Below the pieces are notes generated by a model. That model had not been told where the DNA came from. It saw only the letters and a list, made by a program, of their open reading frames with translations, and searched no databases. DNA of 64,000 nucleotides from Eledone cirrhosa (taxonomy: Eukaryota), in contig OZ024742.1 in NCBI GenBank assembly GCA_964016885.1, forward strand, positions 180,792,001-180,856,000, written 5' to 3'. The position numbers and the translations under genes are program-made. Positions within the stretch are counted from its first letter, which is position 1. Each line of letters opens with the position of its first letter. This document shows positions 39,851 to 52,370 of the stretch, one piece after another.

Positions 39851-40112
39851 TATAACAACTAGAAATTGATTAACATATAAATAAACATATGAAACAATCA
39901 CAGGGGATAATTTTTACAAGTGTGTAAGCACACATAGCTAGGTAGGTAACTAAATAAAGTTAACTAGAACTTCAAAAATAGATCTATTTTTGAAGTTCTA
40001 GTTAACTTTATTTAGTTACCTACCTAGCTATGTGTGCTTACACACTTGTAAATTATCCCCTGTGATTGTTTCATATCTTTATGTATATGTTAATCAATTT
40101 CTAGTTGTTATA
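39851..40112. repeat. Loopless palindrome, ~130-bp arms centred on AGATCT (39980-39985)
   Basis: ...tagaacttcaaaaataga|tctatttttgaagttcta...; only a few substitutions and a 2-nt indel between arms. Confidence 0.97.
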
Positions 40113-40849
40113 TATATATAGTATAAACAAGTTTCTTACACTTAATATGTATGTGTGACCATTGGTTTCTGGGTCCAGTTATGGTCACCACTGTATATTG
40201 GAGAAAGCACTTTAAAACTGGCCCTTCTTCAAAGAACGGACAGTTTAAAGGTGCCTCCTCCAACACGGCAGTGGCATAGAGAAACATGTAACCCACTATG
40301 TGAGAGCAAGAAATCAAATTCTGATTTTGTTTTTAATTTTCGGCAAAGCCAGCCAAAAAATCACTCGGTATGGAAAATGAGGCTAATCAGTCAATATATA
40401 CAATATTATATATTATATATTATATATTTTTAACAGTTCATGTAAATGGCAGAGAGATACACAGTCTTGACTAAAAGCAATAACCCAGAAACATGTTGAC
40501 TGTTTCTCTATGTCATTGCTAGAACAAAGAGATGCCGGTGATAATCTAAAAGACATAGCGTAATAAAAAAATGATGATTTTACACAAATAAACTAAACAT
40601 ACATACCTCATCACTATCCGCATTTAATGAAGATTTGCATAATTGTTACTACACAAGACAGAGATCTTGTTTCTTCTATTTCTGTATATATTTAGATTCC
40701 ATGTTTATTTCATTCTATTGGCACCACTGTTATCTTACACTAACTCTCCTTGTTTTTAAGTTAATCACATTTCAGTAGTCTTAAAATTTTGCTAAGTTTA
40801 TTTGAGGATTCTCTCCACCCACTCCCCTATATATATATATATATGTGGA

Positions 40850-41190
40850 TGCACATGGCTTAGTGGTTAGAGCATCGGCCTTGCAATCGCAAGGTTGTGA
40901 GTTCAATTCTCAGCCTGGGTGATGTGTTGTTTCCTTGAGCAAGACACTTTATTTCACATTGCTCCAGTTTACTCAGCTGTAGAAATGAGATGATAGGGAC
41001 TGGGGTCCATATCATTCCACTGCAAAGTGGTCGTGGAGGTGCCACGGCAAAAAAGCACCCAGCACTCACTGTAAATGAGGTTGGTGTTAGGAAGGGCATC
41101 CAGCTGTAGAAATCAAGCCAAAATCAGTTCCCGTCCTACACTTGCAAGCAAGGAAAAGCGGACGTAAAATGAAATGATGATGATGAAATG
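40850..41190 (+). mobile_element. SINE family B: tRNA head + central domain + RTE 5'-UTR segment + RTE 3' tail
   Basis: A-box tggcttagtgg and B-box gttcaattc; aaagcacccag...tggtgttaggaagggcatcca is shared with 36480-36531; cttgcaagca.ggaaaagcggacgtaaaatga is shared with 39631-39662. Confidence 0.9.
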
Positions 41191-41237
41191 ATGTGCAACT
41201 TCGGTCATACTCATTATTTTATTTTACACACACACAA

Positions 41238-41270
<33 letters not shown>

Positions 41271-41589
41271 CCTTTTGTGCAGAAATCACCATTATCATCC
41301 TCACTATTTTACATCTGTTTTCAATGCTGGTAGAAGTTAGGCAAGTTGGCACACTCTTTGACTAGACTGAACAGATCACTATATCTTGCTTGGTTTCTAT
41401 GACTGGCTGCTCTTCCTAATGCCAACTATATTAAAGCATGTATTATTTAAAATCCTTCTCAATCTTTAATCTTTATATATATATAAATGGTCACTAAAAA
41501 GATAAACTTATCCCATGCATGTTTTGTGTCACTATATACTAGTTTTCTAACCGATTAACCTTAAGTCTCAGGACATGGCAGATACAATG

Positions 41590-42832
41590 GTTCAAAAGAC
41601 AAGAACCCAATAGGAGCTCAAGCTCTGAAATTTCTGTGTGAAACAGTACTATAAGTGTGGCTTGAACTAGCAGATCCAGGAACAATTTCATGCCTTTTTA
41701 TGGAATGAACAAATCTCAATACAAAGTCAATATACGAAACAAGATAAAGAATTTTGAAACCTATGGAATAGTGGTGAACCTCAATACAATATCTGAGGAC
41801 TGTTCGTCCCACTCTGGATGACCCAAGAAGCATACAAAGGAAGTTATTGACATTGTCCAAGAGTCTTTATAATCACTGCACAGGAGAAACCAATCCTTTG
41901 GTCTCTTCACAGAAACTTGCAGAAGGGTTGTTAAAGAGGATCTTAAGAAGTACCCCCAACAGACTACAGACTTAACAAAAGTCTAATGCAGCTGATAAGA
42001 CCAAGAGAAAGGCTATGGCTGAGAAGAAGGAAAATCACCCAAATTTTCTGAATCTGCTATTGACCTATGATGACGCCCACTTTCACTTAGAAGGGTGATC
42101 AACTCTTAGAACAATGCGTTCAATGGTTCAGAGAAACCCAATGAAGTGGCTGTGAATCCTCTCCATTCAGGTAAATGTACCATCTGGGCTTCTATTTCTG
42201 AGAGAAAGAGAGAGAATTGATTGACACATTATTCTTTGAAGAAGATAGTCTCACTGCTACAGTTACAAAGAATCACTATGTGGTGGTCCTGGAAGATTTC
42301 AAAATGGGGCTACAGACCATGTACCCATCTCTAATAAATAAGTTTTGGTTCTAGCAAAAGAGAGCAAGCTCTCACATATCAAACAAGTCATGAGAATAAG
42401 TCAAAAATAATTTGTAAATTGTGTGATCAGTTTAAAGACTGATTTTGAGTGGGCTCCACTTAGTCCTGGTTTAGGACCACCAGATTTATTTCTTTGGAGT
42501 TATCTGAAGGATAGAGTATATGTCATCAAAACCAAACCATCTCTAAAATAAAGAAAAACATCAGGGAGAGATCAGTGCCATCCCTAGGTCTGTTTGTAAA
42601 GACACTATGCTAAACTTTACCATGTGTCTCAAAAGAAAATGCATGGATTCAAATGGGGATCACTTGGAACATATACTGTAACTCTGGAGAGAAACAGCAG
42701 ACGTTAATGAAGTTTTGATATGTTGTAATGGTTTGTGCTTAATGTATCTGGAGTTTCATAAGTTTTTGTTGACGAATGAATAAAGCAAACAAAAATAAAA
42801 ATAGAGCCAGTTATTTTGGAGTCACACTACAT
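41590..42832 (+). mobile_element. Tc1/mariner (rosa/DD41D-like) transposase relic
   Basis: DDAHFHLEG, WAPLSPGLGPPDLFLWSYLKDRVY (degenerate WPPRSPDL..LDFFLWGYLKDRVY) and C.DSNGDHLEHIL*. Confidence 0.75.
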
Positions 42833-43024
42833 ATAAGGTGGTTAATTGACAGTGTTGCTAATGCATTGTGATAGCAGTTCTACTCTTTGTGTTCAAGTCT
42901 GCCCAAGGCTAGACTTTGTCTTACCTCTAATTGTGGTTGATAAATTAAGTACCAGTCAAATACCAGGGAGATTAATTCACCTCCTTTTTTTTTCTGGATC
43001 TCTCTCTCCTCCTCTCTCTCTCTT

Positions 43025-43412
<388 letters not shown>

Positions 43413-44291
43413 ATATATATATATATATATATATAATTCTTCCTCTTTAGAAGAAATTAGAGGTTTTAAATTGTCGAAGTCTCTCATCGTGGTATTCTTA
43501 TAACTCCACCAGGAATTGAGTGCTCAGTTTTTCTTGCACATTTTCAAAATTCTGTTGTTTTCTATCATTGTTTACCTCATAATATCCTGTAATGATTTAA
43601 CAGAAAATATATTAAAAAAATGTTTAGAGGTTCTTTACTGACAGACAGATCGATGGAGAAATTTGTAGTATTAGGTAAGTAAAGTCTTTAGTTTTGTACT
43701 TTTCAAGAATGTCTGGCTAATGTAGTTTCATGTGGTTTGTTAATTCAAATGTTTATAGTAATTTTACTAGAAGACAGATCATTGAGAAAATACTTTAATT
43801 ATTAACGAGATACAGTCAAGTGCTGTTTTGAACTTTTCAAGAATGTGTTACCACTGTAGTTTCATGTGGTTCAGGATGTTAACATCATATATGTTTTATC
43901 TTTCTTGGTGTATTCCTTATTCTCTCACTTACAGCTTTGCAACCTTCTACATAATCTAGATTTGTTGTCCACTCCAGTAAAGTCTTCCCCCCAATCCTGC
44001 CCACTTGTTTCTTTCCTTTGTCATCTCCTTTGTGTGGTTCAGTTTCTTAAGATCAGCTCTCAACATCTCTGCTTATGTCTTTCTTGGTCTACTTCATATG
44101 GGACTTTTTTTTCACTTAAAAATCCAGGCACTTATTAACGATCATAATGCATATGAATTACATGCCTGTATATATGCATAGGCGGACAAAGGGCGGAAGA
44201 ACTCATAAGAGTCAACGGACATCCAAAAATGTGTAAGTATGTGTATACACATGTACATACGTATGTGCATGTATATACGTGTGTATATGCC

Positions 44292-44895
44292 TGGGGTGTC
44301 GGGGGGGGGGGGCATGTACCTCTGTAGGGGGGGGGGGTAGCCATGCCCTTTTCAGGACAGCTCGTCCTGCATTGGGTCCCACCTAACACTCAGCTCTCAC
44401 CTGTGGCCCCAAGAAGCTGTAGCATGTGTCAGCGGCCACATCCCGGTAAAACGCCTTGGCTGGCAGGCCGAACCAGGTTGAGGGTAGCCGGACTGGTCTG
44501 AAATCCCCCAATGAGTTAGATAGGGGATGCCTACCTCTGCATGCGAAGACTGGACCCAGCAGAGTGAGTGGAGGAGGACAACATCGTCCCAACGGTCATG
44601 AAAGCGGCAACAGCAAGCGGTGTGCAGCGCTAGGGCACGGCACTACAAACGTCGTGGCCATCCACCGCAACCAACGATGTCCCTGGTCGTGACGGTCCTC
44701 CGTACCACCGGATTCTGGCTTCTGCAGAAGAGTGAGTGGGACCGTCACTGTGCACTGGCCCTCCCACTATAAACCTTTCCCGCACAGGTTTCTTCTTTAG
44801 CATGCACTCCCAAAGCCTTACGGTGATAATTGGCCTCCACAGCCACCATCGTGCCCATGGCAGATGGGAAACAATAAAGAAGATGTCATCATCAT
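44292..44895 (+). mobile_element. GC-rich non-coding element resembling an RTE-clade 5' leader, ending in (CAT)n
   Basis: GC island with cagctctcacctgtggc...ggccaca...gagggtagcc...gagtgggac.gtc.ctgtgca motifs that I recall from RTE 5' UTRs; no credible ORF. Confidence 0.55.
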
Positions 44896-44940
44896 TTACG
44901 ATGGACAACCAAGAGAGAGATATATGCATAAACGCACACA

Positions 44941-45200
44941 TCTGTATATATATATAAAATTAAGTATATGTGTGTGTCTGTGTATTACCTATAGGGGCCT
45001 ACATCTTACGACCGATTTTCATGAAACTTTACATATAGAATGCTATCATTTAATTTTTATAATGAATAAATAACATTTTTTTAAATACGTAAGTGGAAAC
45101 AAAACAGTGCAATCAAAGTTTTACAGAAAAAATGTAAATTTTTTACTAATTATAGTGTATATATACTGTACATATTACTGGCAGTATACAGTAATACTAA
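44941..45200 (+). mobile_element. Possible non-autonomous Helitron
   Basis: 5' TC-(TA)n-AAAA start, tgtgtgtgtctg, accgattttcatgaaac motif; 3' hairpin tattactg/cagtaata followed by ctaa. Confidence 0.4.
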
Positions 45201-45542
45201 ATGTTAATACAGAATGTTATAATTGAATCTTTATATAATTGTGAATGTGTAGTGTACTGTTATATAGAGTAGAGTATGCAAGTGACAGTTCTTACCTTCT
45301 CCAATAAAAAATATAAAGTACCTGAGACTTTCAATAATGAGGTTTGGTCTTCCACACTCACTCAATATGTATATATATATCTGGGAGTGTGTGTATGTGT
45401 GTGCATGTACATGTGTGTATATATATATAGATTTATATATATGTATACATACATGTTTTCAACTTGTACAAAAATTATTTGGCTCATTCTTTCTAGGGAA
45501 TTTAGACTGAAGAACTGACCAGTAATTGACATTTTATAGATA

Positions 45543-45593
<51 letters not shown>

Positions 45594-45869
45594 TTCAAGA
45601 GTAGCTAATCTTAAAGAGAGAGATGGAGATAGTAGATGAGATATGAGAGGAGAGATTGGTGAGTTAGTTAGGAGCCAAAGCGTAAAGGCATGTGCTCAAT
45701 GTGCAATATGCAGTAGAAAGCAGCTAGGTGGCTGGGTTCATGCAGAAGTTTATTATTAATATTATTATTATTATTATCTACATTCCTTGCATCAAACTAA
45801 AATATGTTGACAATCTTTTAATAATGTCTTCCTTGTGAAATTTGTGGTCTTGTTTTGCTTAACTAATGA

Positions 45870-45903
<34 letters not shown>

Positions 45904-45979
45904 ATATATGTACAAATATATATGTATATATACACACCCATACACACACACACGCACACACACATATATATATATACAT

Positions 45980-46531
45980 TCGTTTTGCAAGGTTTTTTTA
46001 TATGAAATCGTGTGTCGAAACAAATATTGTTATACTTGGTCATATTGTTGTAATATTGCCAGAAATAATAACAGAACACACTCACTGTTTGGTTGATTTT
46101 CGCTTCTGTATCTTTTATATCTCCATAGTTAATTTATTTGGCAATCAATGTTTATCATTGCTTGATCAGCGGTTAAAAATACAGGTATAAATATATATAT
46201 AATCTATCAAAGTTCTTTCGTTGTACATCTGCAACATCATCAGTGGTACTATTATGTTTCCTCCTGTTGTATTGTATGTCTACGCCATACAATTGATTGC
46301 CAAATAAATTAACTATGGAGATATAAAAGATAGAGAAGCGAAAACCAACCAAACAGTGAGTGTGTTCTGTTATTATTTCTGTTATTATTTCCGAGGTTAA
46401 CTTTGCATTTCATCCTTACGGGGTCGATAAAATAAAGTACCAGTAATACACTGGATAATTGCTGGCCTTGTGCCGAAAGTAGAAACAATTATTTCTGGCA
46501 ATATTACAACAATATGAACCTCCCCAAGTAT

Positions 46532-46536
<5 letters not shown>
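45980..46536. mobile_element. Third family-B pLTR-like fold-back, right arm interrupted by a family-A SINE (46393-46488); hammerhead fold at ~46199-46255 (minus)
   Basis: Arms ~46030-46149 and 46292-46380 + 46489-46536; minus strand reads UACCA-CUGAUGA-U-GUUGCA-gaug-UACAAC-GAAAG-AA-CUU-UGAUA. Confidence 0.82.
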
Positions 46537-46591
<55 letters not shown>

Positions 46592-46785
46592 GTGGTTACA
46601 CAACAGTTAGTTCACCATACCAAGAACAATTGTTTCACCTTAGCAGATCCTCAGCTCATAATGGACATATATATAGTGGGTATTTTTGCAAATTACACCA
46701 CCTTCACCACTATTCACCACTAATTGATTTGACATATGTCTTTAATCCATTGACACCAAAACATATTTGGCCAGCAGTTCATGTG

Positions 46786-46821
<36 letters not shown>

Positions 46822-46854
46822 CAGAATGGATATTCAATTTGTTGGTAATTCAAC

Positions 46855-47050
46855 AAATATAAATGTTTATAACTGATTTAGAGCACTCAACAAGTTTTCT
46901 GGAGTATAATATACAATGATATTAAATAAATGGAAACTATATTTATAAAACCATACTTATTCTATTATATATATTTCAAGGGTACCAACATTTTGGTATG
47001 CTATCATCAGATAAAATACAAAATGTTTTATAAATATTTGACATAACCAA
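46855..47050 (-). mobile_element. Family-D pLTR-like copy with hammerhead fold at 46958-47018
   Basis: Minus strand: UAUUUUAU-CUGAUGA-...UACCA/UGGUA...-GAA-AUAUAUAU-A-AUAGAAUA; aligns with 31108-31480. Confidence 0.78.
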
Positions 47051-48802
47051 GGATAATATACCTTAATGGTTCAAGTTATCCATACATACATAGACACACA
47101 TACGTTTATATATATATATGTGTGTCTATGTATGTATGCATGCATGAATGAATACAGCATAAGCTATAGATTTAATATGATGGCCAGTCCAGCACTGTAT
47201 ATATGTACACATACATGTATATACATGCATATGTAAGTATATATAGTAAAGACATATGTGTAAATCTGTATAAGTTATAGCTTTTGAGTTTTGTTAAACT
47301 GCACATAACGATATATATTTTGTGTTTCAGTTAACTTCACTCATAATATATCCTACCGTATGTTAGGAAATGAGAAACTAAGACCATTTCCATGGTGTAG
47401 CATTCTTTCTAGAGATTTCCAAGCAGAGTATCAAGATAATTAACTGGTGCTAGATTCCAGCAATGAAACGTTTAATATAATTTTCGATCAACTTCAAATA
47501 CAACAACACTATAATTTTGCCAACCACCCCTTAACTTACCAAAAAGTTCTTGGCACTTTTCATCCGTTTGTGTTTTATCATTGCTTTTGAAAGCAGCAGG
47601 ATGGATGGATATTTTGTTTTGTATATATTTAAATGTCTTTATCTGTCAGCCCTGTCTTTCATTTCTCTTCTCTCTTCCAATTCACACATAAATAACTATA
47701 AATTCTTATTAAACACGAAAGACAAAATAACTGAAAGAGTAATGTTTAAAAGGGTTAATGCTCAAATTCTAATGGCTAAGTTAGCCAATAGAAATCAAAA
47801 ACCCATCAAATGATGGTATCATCTAGAATAATTCCAGTATAGGTCTTCCATTTAATGCTACCGGTTTGAGATTTTCTTGTTGGTTTATTTGCTTTCGTTC
47901 CATTCCTATATTGGAGAAGAGAGGCAATGTCTTTATTTTCCCTCAACCATTTGTGTATAAAATGCAGTGTTGAATGCTAACTGCATGATGGCCATAAAAT
48001 ATATATCACAACAAAATAGAAGATAAAATGGAATAGATTTTTAGCAAATTATGAAAACAAAGGTAGAAATTCTACTGCAACACAAATATTGTTATTGTCT
48101 GCGAATGGAACTATTATTATAGAAGGGAAATATTTTGATTTATATCTTATATTGTCAACTCAATACACACACATATAACATAAAAACATACACATGCAAC
48201 ACACAGGGATACATATATACATGTGTACACACACATACACTCATTCATGTTTATACAATCATTAAAATATATGTACATGTCCACACACACATATATGTAT
48301 ATGCATGTGTGAATATGCATGTGTGAGTATGTATATTTGCATGTGTATATGTATACATTTATGTATGTATACACACACATATGCACATACACACATATAT
48401 TGTGTATTCATTCATGTTATGGCTATAGCCTCATGCTTTTTTCTCTTAAAATATTCAACATTATATCACCCTATATTTCTTCCCAATCTTATTCTCACAT
48501 TGCACCACCACCCCTTCCTCTTTCCAAACGTGTCTATGAATACAAATTGTGATATATTTACATGCATATATATATATATATATATACATGTGTGTGTGTA
48601 TATGTACATATATGTATGTATATGTATATATATATATTTATATATATATGTGTGTGTGTATATATATGCGTGTATATATCTATTTATTTGTGCGTGTGAG
48701 TGTATATAGTATATTGGTGTGTAATGTTTAGTTACAGATATTTCACTAGTTTGAGCACTTAATGCTACTATGAGGATCCAGCTACTGATGTGGCATTCTA
48801 CA

Positions 48803-49113
<311 letters not shown>

Positions 49114-49298
49114 GATAAATCTACCAAGAGTTTACGGTAGTGTCCAATCCGTATGAAGAACTCAATGTATTCCGGATATCATGGAAAGAAGAGATGTAAT
49201 GAAAATCCACTTTCGGTGAAAGATAAACGGTATACAGAGTCAAGATAAAATATTAAACAAATAATGAACAAACAATTCCTTATATTAAACAAAAAAAG

Positions 49299-49453
49299 TT
49301 CACTATTTAACGATCGTTTCTAGGGCATATATGTGTTATAATTGGTATGCATATTTAACAGATCTATGTACAAAATTATACAAAATTATACAAATTATCA
49401 AGATTAAATATACATACCTAACTCATATATACGCCGTCTTCAGAAATAATGAA
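49299..49453 (-). ncRNA. Inverted copy of the family-A hammerhead in the 5' pLTR
   Basis: Reverse complement of 54944-55098. Confidence 0.8.
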
Positions 49454-49873
49454 GTATATTTATTGATAATAACAACAATTCAAAATGTCAGTTCAAAATT
49501 GACCAATGAAAACACAAAGGGTTAAAAGCAGTTTGGTGTGTGTATATACATGCAAAAACCTTACACATATTTTACAATAATGTGTGTATAATTTGTATGT
49601 GTATACTAAAAAGATGGATGTAAACACAAAATTTCAAGGTTAATATCTCTGTAAGCTTAATGCGCTGATAAGATACGCAAAGATACTTATGGAGTCAAGC
49701 ATATAAATATATTTTTTTCATACTCACACATATCAGTATAATCACACATACATGTGCGTATATGCATAAATATACACATAACCACGAATATACAAACACA
49801 CACACTCCCCCACTCACATTTATATATGTGGATATAAAATCATAAGCAAATAGAAATTAAGTCACTCACATAA

Positions 49874-51778
49874 AAACACTGGTACACACATTTCAAGATC
49901 AAGAATCCTTCTATTAGACTTATATGTCCCTCCAAATCAGATATTGGAATAATTAGCAAAAAAATTTTAGATAGAGTCATCCCACAAATAAGAAAATACG
50001 TTATTTTACCACTCTGGGAAAACACCTCCCAGGTAATTAATTGGTTTAAAAATATTAGGTGTAAATCTTCTGCTTCTTTCCTACAATTTGATATAGATAA
50101 TTACTATTCCTCTATATCACCCATACTCCTGAACAAAGCATTAATATTTGCTAAAAATAGATCTAATTTAACTTCGGATGACATTAACATTATTACACAT
50201 GCTAGACAAACACTTATTGAATTTCAGAATGAATACTGGACCAGAAACACTTACAGTAATCTTTTTGATATTACTATGGGTTCAAGCGATTCCGCCCAAA
50301 TTACTGATCTTGTGGGCCTCTTTCTCCTTTTCAACATAAATGCCTCTTTTCCCCACCTCAAAGGTGGTTTATATCGTGATGACTGTCTTCTTCTTTCTAA
50401 CAACCTTAGCCTTTCAGAAATCGAAAAAAACAAAAAGCATATTAGAACTTTCCTTAAAGACTATTATAATCTTAATATTACTTTTGAAAAAACAAGTAAA
50501 GTAGTAAATTTCCTAGATATAACTTTAGATTTAGCTACGGGTATATACCAACCTTACCATAAACCTAACCAAAACTTACATTACATACACTCACAATCTA
50601 ATCACCCTAAATCTATCCTTAAAAACCTTGCATATAATATATCACTTAGAATTTCTAACCTTTCTTCTAACCAAGATGTATTTGATAAAAATGCGACCTT
50701 TTATAATGAAGCTCTAGATAGAAGTGGCCACAAAAATAGATTAGAGTATATACCTTCTACTAAAAATACTGAAAGCATACAGCATAATATTACCAACAAA
50801 CACCAAATGAAAAGTACACACCTAAATGCCACCCACAGTATACCCCAAAATACTAAATCTTCTAATATAAAGTATAGTAACCCTCAAAAAACTACTCATC
50901 ATACGACTATAATAAATATTAATAATAAAACTCCTAATAAAAAAGATAAAACACCTAAATCTACAAATATAACTAAAAATAGTTGTGGTGAGATCATTAA
51001 CATTAATCCTCCTAGTAAAAATCATGATACAACATATAAAAATAATAAAAATAATAAACAACATAGAAACCGTAATAGACGAGTTACTTGGTATAATGCT
51101 CCTTTTAATTTACAAGTTAAGGATAATATTGCTAAAAAATTTTTTTATATCCTTGAGAAAAACTTCCCGCCAAACCACAAATACCATCAAATCTTAAATA
51201 GGTCTACAGTTAAATTCTCATACTCTACAACAAATAACATAAAACAAAATATAAGTGCATATAATGCATATAAATGTAAGAAAACCATAAGTATACCACC
51301 AGTACATCAAATTAACAATAATATCTCCTCAAATACAGAATTAACGAAAGGATGTAACTGTAGAAACAAAACAAACTGCCCATTAAAAGGGAATTGTCTT
51401 GTTAACAACATAGTCTATAAATGTAATGTTAAAACTAAAGATTCTATTTGCTCATATATAGGAGCTACCTCTAACAATTTTAAGACAAGGTATAATACCC
51501 ACAAACATAGCTTTAAAAATGCCGCACTGGCTAATACAACATCTCTAGCAGAAAAAATCAATAGTTATAAAAATAAAAATATAAAATATGATTTGACCTG
51601 GAGTGTGCTCAAAAGAGCCACCCCTTATCAAAATAATAGAAAGGAATGTAGATTATGTTCCCAAGAACTATTTGAAATAATGAAGTCTAGGGATATCTTA
51701 TTAAATAAAAGACAGGAATTAATTATATCGTGTAATCATAAACTAAAAAAAACATTTAAATATTATAAACCTAATTAA
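49874..51778 (+). CDS. PLE reverse transcriptase + GIY-YIG endonuclease; open frame but N-terminally truncated (no native start)
   Basis: Read manually, the frame is stop-free from 49874 into ORF 50276-51778: PSIRLICPSKSDIG, FDIDNYYSSI, MGSSDSAQITDLVG, GLYRDD, FLDITL, SNHP, WYNAPF, CNCRNKTNCPLKGNC, IVYKC...YIGAT, CRLC...LNKRQE...CNH. Confidence 0.9.
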   Translation, partial: KHWYTHFKIKNPSIRLICPSKSDIGIISKKILDRVIPQIRKYVILPLWENTSQVINWFKNIRCKSSASFLQFDIDNYYSSISPILLNKALIFAKNRSNLTSDDINIITHARQTLIEFQNEYWTRNTYSNLFDITMGSSDSAQITDLVGLFLLFNINASFPHLKGGLYRDDCLLLSNNLSLSEIEKNKKHIRTFLKDYYNLNITFEKTSKVVNFLDITLDLATGIYQPYHKPNQNLHYIHSQSNHPKSILKNLAYNISLRISNLSSNQDVFDKNATFYNEALDRSGHKNRLEYIPSTKNTESIQHNITNKHQMKSTHLNATHSIPQNTKSSNIKYSNPQKTTHHTTIININNKTPNKKDKTPKSTNITKNSCGEIININPPSKNHDTTYKNNKNNKQHRNRNRRVTWYNAPFNLQVKDNIAKKFFYILEKNFPPNHKYHQILNRSTVKFSYSTTNNIKQNISAYNAYKCKKTISIPPVHQINNNISSNTELTKGCNCRNKTNCPLKGNCLVNNIVYKCNVKTKDSICSYIGATSNNFKTRYNTHKHSFKNAALANTTSLAEKINSYKNKNIKYDLTWSVLKRATPYQNNRKECRLCSQELFEIMKSRDILLNKRQELIISCNHKLKKTFKYYKPN

Positions 51779-52249
51779 TAACATTATTCTAGAATTTAAT
51801 TTAATTTAAATGTTAGTTAACCTATAAATTTAATTTAATTAATATTTTATTACAGATGAAAAAATATTATGTAATCATAAATTTTGAAAAACCTTTAAAT
51901 ATTACTAATATATACTCAGTAATTTAATTTATAGATTAATTTTAATTTATTTTAACCTTTTACTATAATTTTTTTTATTATAATTCTTTTACAGATAAAA
52001 TATAACAAAATAATATCATGTATCCTATGACGGAGAAAGAATTTTTAGTATTATAGACCTAATTAATATACATTTTGGAAATATATTTATTATTTGGTTT
52101 TAGTTTTAATCAACCTAAAACTTTAATTTTAATTTGCTTAAAATTAGTATCCTTGTACAGACGAATTGCAGAATGTCATGTAATCATAGAATGAGATGTG
52201 TTTTGGATATATACCTAGTTAATATATTCTGTGCAATTTTTTGAAAAAG

Positions 52250-52339
52250 ATATGTATATCTATATGTATATGTATATGTGTGTATTGTATGTGTATCTGT
52301 ATGTATATTTATGTGACTATATATGTATGTATGTGTATA

Positions 52340-52370
<31 letters not shown>

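Noticed and set aside
40852-40925. tRNA gene
   Set aside because: A/B boxes are present but the sequence continues into a SINE body and does not form a full cloverleaf.
44375-44490. Canonical twister or HDV ribozyme call
   Set aside because: Twister P1 and P4/L4 do not close correctly and the HDV P3/L3 motif is absent; kept only as a candidate finding.
51350-51800. Selenocysteine recoding in the Naiad-like ORF
   Set aside because: No in-frame TGA in the recovered frame and no SECIS recognisable by eye.
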